DNA of 64,000 nt from an uncultured Actinomycetota bacterium (GCA_963743915.1 CAVURN010000001.1:1-64000), one strand, 5' to 3'; counted from the first letter of the stretch, positions 38,302 to 49,552 are shown. A program made the numbers and translations. The notes: a model not told the origin generated them from the sequence alone.

Positions 38302-40863
38302 CTTGTCGAGCGCATCGACGCCGAGCAGCACCAGGGGTGCCGCGACCGCCACGAGCCATCCCACCGCAGTCGGCGGTGCCTGCCCGAGGATGTCGGCCAG
38401 TGGAGGTACGAACACCATGGCCAGGGCGATTCCGAGAGCGACCAGCACCGCCCAGACGAGAGTGGGGTTCGTGCGCCACCCGAGGTGCCGGATCGTCAAG
38501 GTGCTGCTTCGACAGGCGAACGCATTGCCCATCTGTCCGGTCACGACGGTGATGAAGTAGGCACCGGACGCCTGGGTGAGAAGGGTGGCGTCCAAGGTCG
38601 CTCCCCACGTCCACCCTCCACCGATCAGCACCAGGACGAAGGCCGCCATGGCCACCAATGACTCGGTCGGACCCAGCAGTCCGAAGGCCCGCCAGGCGAC
38701 TGTGCCGTTGAGCAGCCGACCGGACACCGGTGGCCTCTGCATGACCCGCCCGTGCGGGTGCTCACCACCGAGTGCCACGGCAGTCAGGGTGTCCGTCGCG
38801 AGGTCGAGCGCGATGATCTGCAGCACGCCCAGGGCCAGGGGGAATGATCCCCCGGAGACTGCCCAGACCAGCAGCGGGAAGAGCTCGGCCACGTTGTCGG
38901 TGAGGTGGTAGGTGAGGAAGCGGCGGACGTTCAGGAACGTGCCGCGTCCCTGCTCGACGGTTGCGACAATGGTGGTGAAGTCATCGTCGAGCAGCACCAG
39001 GTCCGACGCCTCACGTGCGACGTCGCTTCCGCTCTCGCCCATGGCGACGCCGATGTCCGCCTCCTGCAGTGCCGGGCCGTCGTTGACCCCGTCGCCGGTC
39101 ATCGCGACCACATGTCCACGCAGCTGGAGTGCGCGGGCGATGGCCAGCTTCTGCTCGGGTGCGACCCGCGCGATCACCACGCCGTCGTGATCGATCAGCT
39201 CAGCCAGCTCGTCATCGTCGTCCGGCAGGTCGTCACCGACGAGGACCCGACCGTCACCGATCGTCAGGCCGACCTGGTCGGCAACCGCCGCTGCCGTCAC
39301 CGGGTGGTCGCCGGTGACCATGGCGACTCTGATGCCCGCTGCCCGACAGTCCTGCAACGCCTGCCGGGCGGCGGGACGGGCGGGGTCGGAGAGGCCCACG
39401 AGCCCCAGCAGGGTCAGCGAACGCTCGGCGTCCTCCGCTGAGTCGGGAGCAGTGTCGCTGTAGGTCCGCGAGGCGATGGCGAGCACCCGGAGACCATGGG
39501 CAGCCATCGCGTGGACGGCGTCCTGCGCCGTCTTCGTGTCCTCGAGGCACAGAGGGAGCACCGTGTCCGCCGCGCCCTTGACGAGTACCTGGCCGTCGCT
39601 GAGCACCGACATCCGACGACGTCGGGGGTCGAAGGGGAAGAGACGTGCCGGCGGATGAGGTTCGGTGAGGTTGAGTCGCAGCACCAGCGCGTCGAGGGCG
39701 GCCTCCATGGGGTCGCCCTGTGACACCCAGGCTCCGTGCTCCTGCACGACGCGGCCGTTCGAGCAGGCACGGGCAGCGAGCGCCACGGACGCGGCGGCTG
39801 ATCGCGCGGAGTCGGGCCCGGTGATGTTCGCCGACGGCCCGTAGCCCTCACCCTCCAGGTTCAGGATGCCCTCAGGCGTCCACACCTGGACGACCTGCAT
39901 CTGGTTGCGCGTCAGCGTTCCGGTCTTGTCCGTGCAGATGAAGGTGACCGATCCCAGCGTCTCCACCGACTCGAGGTGTCGGACCACGGCGTGCCTCTTG
40001 GCGATGCGTTGGGCGCCCAGGGCGAGCGACAAGGTCACGGTGGGCAGCAACGCCTCCGGAACGAGAGCAACCGAGACTCCGATCGCGAACGTGGCGGCGT
40101 CCTGGAAGTCGATGTTGCCCACCAGCGAGACGACGAGGAACGCCAGCCCGGTCGAGATCGCGATGATCGAGATCACCCGGACGACCCGTCGCATCTCGCC
40201 TTCCAGAGGGCTGGTCGGGCGCTCCACCGACCGGGTGAGCTCGGTGATCCCCGCCAGCCGGGTGGAGGTGCCCACCGCAGTGATGCGCATCAGGGCCTCG
40301 CCCTGTTCGACGAAGGTGCCCCCCGTCAGTGGCGCGCCCACGTCGACGGTGACCGGGACGCTCTCACCAGTGATGAGCGAGGTGTTGACCTGGAGTGCCT
40401 GCGCCTGGACTGCGACGCCGTCGGCGGGAATCCGGTCGCCCGCGCTGAGGACGGCGATGTCGTCGACCACCAGGTCGGCGGCGGCGATCTCGCGCTGTTC
40501 GCCGTGTCGACGCACGAGGACCAGCCGCGGGACGAGGTCCTGCATGGCAGCAGCCGCCCGCTCGGCGCGACGCTCCTGGGCGAAGGCGAAGAGTGCGTTG
40601 ATGACGACCACCAGCGCGATGGCGACGGCCAGCTCGGGCAGCCCCGCAACGACCGAGAGCGCGGAGGCCACCCACAGGAGCAGAGCGAAGAAGTGGGTGA
40701 GCTCGCCGAGCAGACGCCTCCAGGCGGGCGTCGGCGTGGGGGGCGGCAGCCGGTTGTCCCCGAAACGAGCCCGGCGGTCCTCGACCTCCTGGTCGGACAG
40801 ACCGAGCAGCATCTCGCCGTGGGTAAGCGCCACGAGGACACTGTGCTGCGACGGAGGCCCCAC
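38269..40863 (-). CDS. Cation-transporting P-type ATPase (type II-like)
   Basis: TGES, PEAL, DKTGT, TGD and GDGVND motifs; start uncertain (40833 is possible). Confidence 0.93.
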   Translation of the reverse strand: MGPPSQHSVLVALTHGEMLLGLSDQEVEDRRARFGDNRLPPPTPTPAWRRLLGELTHFFALLLWVASALSVVAGLPELAVAIALVVVINALFAFAQERRAERAAAAMQDLVPRLVLVRRHGEQREIAAADLVVDDIAVLSAGDRIPADGVAVQAQALQVNTSLITGESVPVTVDVGAPLTGGTFVEQGEALMRITAVGTSTRLAGITELTRSVERPTSPLEGEMRRVVRVISIIAISTGLAFLVVSLVGNIDFQDAATFAIGVSVALVPEALLPTVTLSLALGAQRIAKRHAVVRHLESVETLGSVTFICTDKTGTLTRNQMQVVQVWTPEGILNLEGEGYGPSANITGPDSARSAAASVALAARACSNGRVVQEHGAWVSQGDPMEAALDALVLRLNLTEPHPPARLFPFDPRRRRMSVLSDGQVLVKGAADTVLPLCLEDTKTAQDAVHAMAAHGLRVLAIASRTYSDTAPDSAEDAERSLTLLGLVGLSDPARPAARQALQDCRAAGIRVAMVTGDHPVTAAAVADQVGLTIGDGRVLVGDDLPDDDDELAELIDHDGVVIARVAPEQKLAIARALQLRGHVVAMTGDGVNDGPALQEADIGVAMGESGSDVAREASDLVLLDDDFTTIVATVEQGRGTFLNVRRFLTYHLTDNVAELFPLLVWAVSGGSFPLALGVLQIIALDLATDTLTAVALGGEHPHGRVMQRPPVSGRLLNGTVAWRAFGLLGPTESLVAMAAFVLVLIGGGWTWGATLDATLLTQASGAYFITVVTGQMGNAFACRSSTLTIRHLGWRTNPTLVWAVLVALGIALAMVFVPPLADILGQAPPTAVGWLVAVAAPLVLLGVDALDKAVRRRQFTQP

Positions 40864-40912
40864 GACCAGGGGCTTCCGACTGAAAGGGGTGGCGCGGGGC
40901 CGGGCAACACCC

Positions 40913-41905
40913 TCACGTCAGCGTCAGTGCGCAGCCTCTGGTCTGGAGCAGCCACCAGAAGCCGCCGAGGGATCCGGCGTCGCGCAGCTCGGCGATCTCG
41001 CCGAGTCGGGACAGCTCGCGGACGTACGTCGCTGGGTCCTGGTGAGCCAGCTCGCGGGCGGGCGCTGTGCCGCTCAGCCCCAGGGCATCCAGTGCTTCGC
41101 GTTGTCGGAGCACCGTCGTGGACTCCGCTCCGGCCCGGCGACCTGCCTCGGCGCACGCATCGACTGCCACGTGTGCGGTGATGTCGCATGTGCCGTCCGG
41201 AACCGGCGGCACCTGGCGCCCGAGACGGTAGCCGGCCAGTGTTCCGCCGTTGAAGGCGCCGGACCGCCGTTCGTCGGCCTGGTGTCCGTAGTCGACGGCG
41301 AGGGCGACGCCGCCCGCGAGGCGCCGGACCACGTCGGCCCATGCCTCGTCCCGGCGGAGGCCCACCTCGCACCGGTCGCCGTCCGCGAGCCCGGGCCACC
41401 ACTCGGCGAGCCACGCGCGCTGGGCAGGAGTCGCAGGCTCGCCGAGCACCTCGTCCCCGGTCCGCGGCTCGACGAGCACCTGGCGGAGCTGCCCGCTGTC
41501 GACCTGGACGACGTCGCACGCGAGGTTGTCCAGCCACTCGTTGGCGATCACCAGCCCGGTGACCGACCGGGGCGGCTCCGCTGTCCACTCGATGGTGTTC
41601 GGGAGCGATGGTGGTCGACCCCGAAGGTCGACGGCGGTGGCGCACGAGCGTGCCCGCAGGTCGGGTGGAAGGTGATCGAGGACGCCTGCCAGAAGCCGGC
41701 CGTCGCCCGCCCCGACGTCGACGAGATCGAAGCGGGGCGGGTGACGCAGGGACTCGTCGACGCGCTGCGCCAGGACCGCGATCACCTCCGCGAAGACCCC
41801 CGAGGCGCTGGTGCTGGTGCGAAAGTGGCTCGCCGGTCGTTGGTGCCGGTAGAAGCCGTCAGGCCCATAGAGGGCCGCTTCCATGGCATCCGACCATCCG
41901 CGCAC
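40913..41905 (-). CDS. SAM-dependent methyltransferase, MidA/NDUFAF7 family, leaderless
   Basis: ALYGPDGFY, DVGAGDG, ANEWLDN, VDYG and DITAHV motifs; TAGCGT-N6-GTG. Confidence 0.85.
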   Translation of the reverse strand: MRGWSDAMEAALYGPDGFYRHQRPASHFRTSTSASGVFAEVIAVLAQRVDESLRHPPRFDLVDVGAGDGRLLAGVLDHLPPDLRARSCATAVDLRGRPPSLPNTIEWTAEPPRSVTGLVIANEWLDNLACDVVQVDSGQLRQVLVEPRTGDEVLGEPATPAQRAWLAEWWPGLADGDRCEVGLRRDEAWADVVRRLAGGVALAVDYGHQADERRSGAFNGGTLAGYRLGRQVPPVPDGTCDITAHVAVDACAEAGRRAGAESTTVLRQREALDALGLSGTAPARELAHQDPATYVRELSRLGEIAELRDAGSLGGFWWLLQTRGCALTLT

Positions 41906-41985
41906 ACCGCGACGCTAGCGAAGCCGCCGTGGACCGGCTCTGGTGGCCGAGCCCACTGCCGCCTCGCCGCTGCTCGTGGTGCCCG

Positions 41986-44900
41986 TCAGGGTGCGACGGT
42001 CACAGACTTGCTGAGCTGTGTCGCCCTGTTCCACCCGTCGGTGACCGTCAGCGTGACCGTGTACGTGCCACCCGCCGCATACGTCTTCGACGGGTAGGCG
42101 GTGGTCGCGGTGGTCCCGTCCCCGAAGGCCCACGAGTAGCGGAGCTGGTTTCCCTCGGGGTCGTTCGTCCCGCTGCTGTCCATCGCGCAGACCAGACCGG
42201 TGCAGTTCGCGTTGAACTGGACCGTGGGTGCCTGGTTGCCGGGCGGCTCGGTCAGCGTGACCGAGCGGGTGGTCGTGGCCGACTTGCCCCAGCCGTCGGT
42301 CGCCGTCAGCGTGATCGTGTAGGTGCCGGGCACGGCGTAGATGTGGCTGGACCCCGCACCGGTGGTGGCTGCCGTCCCGTCGCCCCAGTTCCACGAGTAG
42401 CTGATCACGTCACCGGTGTTCGGGTCGACCGTCCCCGCACTCGTCACGCCGCAGAGCAGCTCGAGGCAGTTCGTCGTGAACGTCGGACTCGGAGCCGCGT
42501 TGCCCGAGGGCTCGGCGATCGTCACCGGCAGTGTCGTGGTCGCGGTGACGCCCCACTCGTCCCGGACCGTCAGCACGACGGTGAACGTGCCGGGGGCGGT
42601 GTACCGCTTGATCGGAACGGATCCACTGGCCGATCCCTGGCCGGTGCCGAAGTTCCACGAGTACGTCAGGGTGCTCGGGTTCTCGTCCGTGGACGTGCGG
42701 GCGTCGAAGCTGCACACGTTCTCGGCGCACGAGACGGTGGCGTTCGCCACGGGAGCCGCATTCGCGGGTCGGGTGACGGTGACGCCGGTTGCCACGCGGC
42801 TTGCCCCGATCTGGTCGTTCTGGTCGGTGGCCCGGACCTCCACCCGGTAGGTCCCGTCGGGAATCACCGGGGTGGTGTACGAGTAGTTCGACCCAGGGCT
42901 CCCCGGGCTGTTGAGGAACGCTGAGCGCCAGCTCGGGCGAGGTGCTGGTGAAGGAGCCCGAAGAGCTCATGTAGCGCCCCGCCGAGTCGACCACGGCGAC
43001 CTCGACCCGGGCGATGCTGAGGTCGTCCTCGGCCCGTCCGGAGACCTGGATGCGGCCGTCGGTGAAGGACGAGCCGTCGACGGGCTGGCCGAGAGTCACC
43101 TCGAAGCCAGGTGCCGCGTCACCGGGGAAGTACAGGTAGCGACCGGTGGCACCGCTGGTCGACGGGTCCTGCTGGCCCGCGGTGTCGATGGCGCGGGCGG
43201 TCACCCGGTAGTCACCCTTGCTCGGAAGGGTCAGCGACAGCGACCAGTTGGTGCTCGTCGCATTCGGGTTCGCCAACGTGGCGTCGAGGGTGGCGGCACC
43301 TGAAGCGAGGGTGCCGTTGGGCTGGACGTACCGCCCGCTGTCGTCGTCGAAGATCGAGACCTTGACCGAGGCGACACCCTTGTCGTCGGTGGCCGTGCCG
43401 TTGAGGTCGAGCTGAGCGCTCGGCAGGGACGGCTGACCGGTGCCCGGAAGGGTGATCAACCCGTTGGGGTAGGCGTCGCCCGGAACCTGGGCGTTGACCG
43501 TGAGCGATCCGCGGCTCGATCCCGATGTCGTCAGGCCGACCTCGTCGGTGGCCTGGACGGTGAACGAGTACCGGCCGGGGCTGAGGTTGAACGGCGTCGT
43601 GTACGACCAGTTGTAGCTCGTTCCGGACAGTCCTGGTGGTGAGATGCGGTGGTATCCGGCAATGACGTCGGTGCCCCACGTCCCGTCGGCACCGAGGTTC
43701 TGGCCGGTGCTGGTGTTCCGCAGGGTGATCTCGACGTTCCGGAGCCCATCGCTGTCGAACGCGGTGCCCGAGAAGGTCATGGGCGATCCCGGTGCCACGT
43801 CCACGGTCGGCGTCGACGCGGGTGGCGTCATGACGGTCGGCTGCTGGATGGTGACGACCGGCGGCACCGTGCTCGAGCTGATGAGGAAGTCCCGGACGGC
43901 ACTGCGCAGGTCGGACTGTCCGGCCGTGTCGATCGCGGTCGCACTGGCGCGCCACTCACCCTCTGAGGGCAGGGAGACCTCGTACGACCAGGTGGCGCTG
44001 GTGGCACCCACGACGTCGGGCAGACCTCGGAAGGTGTTGAAGATCGGTGCGACCGAACCGTCGTCCTGCAGGTACTCGCCGTTGCTGCGGAACCAGTAGG
44101 TGAGCGCGCTGACCCCGTGGTCGTCGTTGGCCGTGCCCGTCATGGTGAAGGTGGTCGACGACTGGAGGCTGCCCGGACCGCTGATGTTGGTGGTGGGGGT
44201 CTGGTCGTCGAAGCTGAACGTCTCCATCGTCTTCAGCGCCTTGGACGGGTCGGACCCGCCACCGACGGCGAAGGCCTTGGCCCTGATCAGCAGCGGACGA
44301 CTGCCGGTCAGGTTCAGCCCGAGGGACCAGGGGCGGACGCCGTTGGCGGCGGTGCCCAGCGTGGTGAGAATGGTGTTGCTGCTGCCCCAGGTGGTCAAGT
44401 TGTCCTGCAGCCAGCGGCCTGAGCTCTTGTCCCGGATCTCGACCTGCACGCGAGAGACGCCGTTCGGTGCCTTCGCGGTCCCCTGGATCGAGAAGGGAGT
44501 CCCGGCCGGGACGACGCGCCCCTCGATGGGGGTGTCGATCGTGGTGTCGATGGCGGTGGCCGCCGGTGCGGTGTTGAAGTCGTAGAACGCGACGCGCCCC
44601 GTGGTGACGCCGCCCTGCTTGCCACCATCGGCGCCGACGAAGAGTCCGCGCGGAGTGGTCTCCATGGCCTTCGCACCCTCGAACGAGTTCGACCCCGGGT
44701 TCCACTCGAGCGCGGTGCCCGTCGCAGGGTCGAGGGCGCCGAGGTGGTCGCGACGGACCACCTGGTCGCCGAGGCCGTAGCCGGAGAGCCCCTGGCCCGT
44801 TCCGTAGCCCACGTTGTCGAGGCCCGGCCAGGGGACGTTCGCCGTCGGCGACTCGTTCCAGGAGAAGTGTCCACCGATGTAGATGGCCGCCTCGGTGATG

Positions 44901-45934
44901 GCCACCGAGTAGATGCTGTCGAAGGCGCGCGACACCCAGATCGGTTCGACGAAGTCGCCGCCGTTGACCGGGAAGGCGATCGCCGTGTCGTTGATCGGGG
45001 GGCGGTCTCCACCCGAACCGCTGGTCACGACGAAGTACTCGTCGTTCGGTGCGATGTCCGCGCCGTAGATGCGCTGGATGCCGCCGACCTCGGGCAGGTA
45101 CTGGTCCCAGATCCGGCTGCGCCACGGGAGCAGCTGCTTGGTCGAGGTGCTGATGAAGGCGACGCCGAGGCGGTCCTGTCCGTTGATCTGTCGGCCGGTG
45201 TGGACGACCATCAGCTTCGCATCGTCGTGCGTGAGTTCCAGCTGCTGGACGGTGAGTGCGCCGCCGACTCCGATGCCACCGGACAGGTTGTTGGTGAAGC
45301 CGGTGTCGACGACTCCGGTGGCGGCGTTCACCGCCGCCAGCCCACTGCGGTCGACGCCGTTGATCTTGGTGAAGCGACCACCGACGTAGAGCGTCGAGTT
45401 CGTGGCCGCCAGGGCCGTGGCGGCGTTGTTGGTGTTGGCGGTGAAGCCGAACCCGGCCACAGGTGCACCGGTCGTGAGGTTGAGGCTGGCGACCTTGCGC
45501 CGGGTGGTGCCGCCGACGGTGTTGAAGGTTCCCGCGACGAAGAGCTTGGTGCCGTCCGGTGATGCCTCGACCGCGCTGACGCCACCGTCGAACGTGGGAC
45601 GGAAGGTGGAGTCGAAGGCACCCGTCACGTAGTTGTACGACGCCAGGGAACGCTGGTTGACGACCGTCCCATTGGCGGTGAGCGAGGTGAAGGAGCCGGC
45701 GATGAACACCCGGTTGCCGACGACCTCCATGTCCCAGATCTCACCGTTGTTGATGCGCGGCAGATTGTTGCGCGGCACAGCTGGCACCAGCGTGGCGTGG
45801 TTCGGCTTCGGTTGCGCGGCCAGCGCCGACGAACCATGGAGCACGGCTGCCGCCGTACCCAGTCCCACAGGCACGGCGAGCGAGGTGGCCAGGGCGGCGA
45901 CGATCAGGGGAACAGCGCGACGACGGACCTGCAT
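41986..45934 (-). CDS. Large secreted protein: beta-propeller, Ig-like repeats and three PKD domains; frameshift near 42935
   Basis: Signal peptide, 'LYVGGxF' blades, repeated 'GTAxDDxGV..V', PKD motifs YSWN(W/F)GDG...Y..PGTYT. Confidence 0.85.
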
Positions 45935-46206
45935 GTGACGCCTTTCGGAGATGGCCACGCCACAGGAGGGCTCCCCCCTGGCCGGTTGTGCACGTGCAGT
46001 GTCGCAAATGGTGACGGGCAACGTCATGCGACATCCCCGAAGTCGCCCTGCTCGACTACCGAGGGTCATCACCGTGTGCCATCCGGGTGACGGCGCTGCT
46101 GAGAGGTTTGGGGTGAAGGCCCGAAATGCGGTGAAGGCTGCCGGTGAGGGACCGACTAGGCTGAACCGACCCTCGTCCGGTACCCCGCAAGGACTGGAAC
46201 GCCTTC

Positions 46207-47121
46207 GTGACCTCCGCACCCTCACCTGACGTCCCGGCTCGACCGGGACGGCTGACCGTCGGCGTGATCAGCGCCGGCAGGGTGGGCGCGGTCCTCGGTG
46301 CCGCACTGGCCAGGGTCGGGCACCGCGTGGTGGCCGTCGCCGCAGTCTCCGACGCCTCGCGTTCGCGTGCCGAGGCGCTGCTGCCCGAGGCGGTGGTCGT
46401 CCCACCGCCTGAGGTCTGCGCAGGGGCCGAGCTTGTCGTGCTGGCCGTGCCGGACGACCAGCTGCCGGGACTGGTCGAAGGGCTCGCAGCGGTGGAGGCG
46501 TGGCGGCCCGGGCAGATCGTGGTGCACACCAGCGGCCGTTTCGGCATCGGCGTCCTCGGGCCCGCCCAGCGCGCGGGTGCTGTGCCCCTGGCCCTGCACC
46601 CGGTGATGACCTTCACCGGCACCTCCCTTGACGTCGACCGGCTGGTGGGCGCGACGTTCGGGGTGACCGCCCCGGCCGGGTTCCTCCCCATCGCCGATGC
46701 CCTTGTCATGGAGATGGAGGCCGAGCCGGTGCACGTCGACGAAGGCGCGCGGCTGCTGTACCACGCAGCGCTGGCGCACGCGTCGAACCATCTGGTGACG
46801 CTGATCGCCTCCAGTGCTGAGCTGCTCAGGGCTGCCGGCATCGACGACCCGCGACCGGTGCTCGAGCCCCTCACCGGTGCTGCTCTGGACAACGCCCTCC
46901 GGCTGGGTGACCACGCCTTGACCGGCCCGGTGGTGCGTGGCGACGCGGAGACGGTCGCTCGCCACATCGACGAGATCGGCAACGTGTCGCCACAGACCGC
47001 CGACCTGTACGTCGCCATGGCCAGGGTCACGGCGCGACGCGCGGTCGACGCCGGTGTGCTGCGTCCGGCAGACGGGGACGCGGTGCTCGAGGCCATCGAA
47101 TCCACTCAGGGGGAGCGATGA
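46207..47121 (+). CDS. Rossmann-like/DUF2520 protein (Rv3603c/PanG-like ketopantoate reductase candidate)
   Basis: SAGRVG, LAVPDD, HTSG, LHPVMTF and LTGPVVRGD motifs; directly before panC. Confidence 0.88.
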   Translation: MTSAPSPDVPARPGRLTVGVISAGRVGAVLGAALARVGHRVVAVAAVSDASRSRAEALLPEAVVVPPPEVCAGAELVVLAVPDDQLPGLVEGLAAVEAWRPGQIVVHTSGRFGIGVLGPAQRAGAVPLALHPVMTFTGTSLDVDRLVGATFGVTAPAGFLPIADALVMEMEAEPVHVDEGARLLYHAALAHASNHLVTLIASSAELLRAAGIDDPRPVLEPLTGAALDNALRLGDHALTGPVVRGDAETVARHIDEIGNVSPQTADLYVAMARVTARRAVDAGVLRPADGDAVLEAIESTQGER

Positions 47122-47972
47122 CCGACGTCGCGCGCACCCGGGCCGAGCTGGCCGCCGCGCGTGCCCAGTGGACGGCGCAGGGCGCGTCCGTGGCGGTCGT
47201 GATGACCATGGGTGCGCTGCACGGCGGTCACGCGGAGCTGATCCGTCGGGCTCGCGCCCGCGACGATCGCGTCATCGTCACCGATTTCCTCAACCCTCTG
47301 CAGTTCGCTCCCGGCGAGGACCTCGACAAGTACCCGCGCACCTTCGCTGCCGACTTCGCGCTCAGCTCCGCCGAGGGGGTCGACCTGCTGTTCGCCCCCG
47401 GTCCGTCGGAGGTGTACCCGGAGGGCGACCCGCTCGTGCGCGTCGGTGCAGGATCGGTGGGCGACATCCTCGAAGGTCAGTCCCGTCCGGGCCATTTCGA
47501 CGGAGTGCTGACCGTCGTCGGCAAGCTGCTGCACCTGACCGCGCCGCACCGCGCGTACTTCGGCCAGAAGGACGCGCAGCAGCTCTGGCTGATCGCACGC
47601 ATGGTGCGAGACCTCGACTTCGACGTCGAGATCGTCGAGGTGCCGACCGTGCGCGACGCGGACGGCCTTGCCCTGTCCAGTCGCAACATCTACCTCTCCG
47701 ACGCCGACCGTCGCTCGGCGCTGACGCTGCACGCTGCTCTTGAGGCTGGCGAGAAGGCGGCCGGCTCAGGACGCGAGGCAGTCCTCAGCGCGGCGCGGGG
47801 TGTCCTGGCCGATGGCTCCATTCGCGCCGACTACGTCGAGCTCGTGGATCCGTCCACCTTCGGGTCGCTGGGCGCGCAGGGAGGCGCAGCGATTCTGGTG
47901 CTGGCTGCCCACGTGGGTTCGACGCGCCTGATCGACAACGTCCGGATGACCGTCGCACCGAGCGAAGGGTGA
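47118..47972 (+). CDS. panC: Pantoate-beta-alanine ligase
   Basis: TMGALHGGH, NPLQF, RPGHF, FGQKD, LSSRN. Confidence 0.97.
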   Translation: MTDVARTRAELAAARAQWTAQGASVAVVMTMGALHGGHAELIRRARARDDRVIVTDFLNPLQFAPGEDLDKYPRTFAADFALSSAEGVDLLFAPGPSEVYPEGDPLVRVGAGSVGDILEGQSRPGHFDGVLTVVGKLLHLTAPHRAYFGQKDAQQLWLIARMVRDLDFDVEIVEVPTVRDADGLALSSRNIYLSDADRRSALTLHAALEAGEKAAGSGREAVLSAARGVLADGSIRADYVELVDPSTFGSLGAQGGAAILVLAAHVGSTRLIDNVRMTVAPSEG

Positions 47973-47979
47973 CCACCTG

Positions 47980-48756
47980 ATGCTGCTGACCATCGATATC
48001 GGCAACACCCAGACGGTGCTTGGGCTATTCGAAGGGGACGAGCTCGACCACACGTGGCGCATCGCCACCTACGACACGCGAACCGCCGACGAGCTGGCCG
48101 TGCTCATCACCTCGTTGCTGGCGCAGCATGAAGGTGGCGTGAAGGTGACCGGCATCGCGTTGTGCTCGACGGTGCCGGCCGCTCTACACGAGATGCGGCA
48201 GATGTGCACCCGGTTCTACGGGGACCTTCCGGTCGTCGTCGTCGAGCCAGGAGTCCGCACCGGAGTCCCCATCCTGACCGACAACCCGAAGGAGGTCGGC
48301 AGCGACCGGATCGTCAACGCGCTGGCAGCGGCGACGCACTTCGGTGGTCCGGCGATCGTCGTCGACTTCGGAACAGCAACGACGTTCGACGCCGTGAGTG
48401 CCAAGGGTGAGTACCTCGGTGGGGCCATCGCCCCAGGGATCGAGATCTCGGTCGAGGCGCTGGGAGCGCGGGGTGCGCAGCTGCGCAAGGTCGAGTTGGC
48501 CAGACCCCGGTCCGTCGTCGGACGCAACACGGTCGAGGCGTTGCAGTCGGGCATCCTCTACGGCTTCGCCGGCCAGGTCGACGGGATCGTGCACCGCATG
48601 GCGTCGGAGCTGTCGGACGACCCGGCCTCGGTCACGGTGATCGCCACGGGCGGGCTGGCCCCGATGGTGATCAACGAGACCGAAGCAGTCGATCAGCACG
48701 ACCCATGGTTGACCCTTCGCGGTCTGAAGCTGGTCTTCGAGCGCAACGCAGACTGA
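47980..48756 (+). CDS. coaX: Type III pantothenate kinase
   Basis: IDIGNT, GSDR, VDFGTATT, GGAIAPG. Confidence 0.96.
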   Translation: MLLTIDIGNTQTVLGLFEGDELDHTWRIATYDTRTADELAVLITSLLAQHEGGVKVTGIALCSTVPAALHEMRQMCTRFYGDLPVVVVEPGVRTGVPILTDNPKEVGSDRIVNALAAATHFGGPAIVVDFGTATTFDAVSAKGEYLGGAIAPGIEISVEALGARGAQLRKVELARPRSVVGRNTVEALQSGILYGFAGQVDGIVHRMASELSDDPASVTVIATGGLAPMVINETEAVDQHDPWLTLRGLKLVFERNAD

Positions 48757-48766
48757 TCGTTTCTCG

Positions 48767-49504
48767 CTACGCCAACCTTCCGCGTACGAAGGACGTGATG
48801 TAGGGCAGCTCGAGGTGCGTGAGCTGCTCCGGCGGCAGCTGGTCCCGGATGGCGGCCTCGGCTGCAGCCAGGAGCTCCGTCCGCCGCTCGTTCAGGAAGA
48901 CGTGGGACCACGACTCCACGACCCCGAGCAGGTGCGCCAGGTCCATCGACTGCGGGTTCGGGAACTCTCGAGACACAACGTCTGTGAACCGCGGCGCCAG
49001 ATCCGGGTCGGGCTCGCCGTGGGTCAGCGACCAGCGTGCCTCGCCACCCGTCACCCGGGTGAGTGCGTCCACCCAGGGAACCCGGTCGTCGAGCACATTC
49101 CAGAGCAGGCCGAGTGCCCCGTCCGGCACCAGCACGCGGGCCATCTCGTCCAGCGCTGCAGGTGCATCGAACCAGTGGAAGGCCTGACCGACGATGACGG
49201 CGTCCACGCTTGCGTCGGGGAGGGGGATCTGCTCGGCGCTGCCGACGTGCACCTCGACCTCCGCCTGGTGACGCAGGACAGCGATCATCTGCTCGTCCGG
49301 CTCGACGGCAACCACGTCGTGTCCGAGCTCGACCAGGCTGCGCGTGAGGCGTCCGGTGCCGGCCGCGAGGTCGAGCACCCGCAGCGGATCGCGGCCCAGG
49401 ACCCACTCGATGCCTTCGGCCGGGTATCCGGGTCGAAAGCGGTCGTAGTCGCGGGCGATGCTGCCGAACGATTGTCGACGCTCGTCGTAGGACGGTTCTG
49501 CCAT
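48767..49504 (-). CDS. Class I SAM-dependent methyltransferase
   Basis: YDRFRPGYP, VLDLAAGTG, QAFHWFD. Confidence 0.9.
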   Translation of the reverse strand: MAEPSYDERRQSFGSIARDYDRFRPGYPAEGIEWVLGRDPLRVLDLAAGTGRLTRSLVELGHDVVAVEPDEQMIAVLRHQAEVEVHVGSAEQIPLPDASVDAVIVGQAFHWFDAPAALDEMARVLVPDGALGLLWNVLDDRVPWVDALTRVTGGEARWSLTHGEPDPDLAPRFTDVVSREFPNPQSMDLAHLLGVVESWSHVFLNERRTELLAAAEAAIRDQLPPEQLTHLELPYITSFVRGRLA

Positions 49505-49552
49505 CGAGCCATCGTGCCTTGCGCCTGGCTGCCGTCGGTAGCCTTGCCTGCC

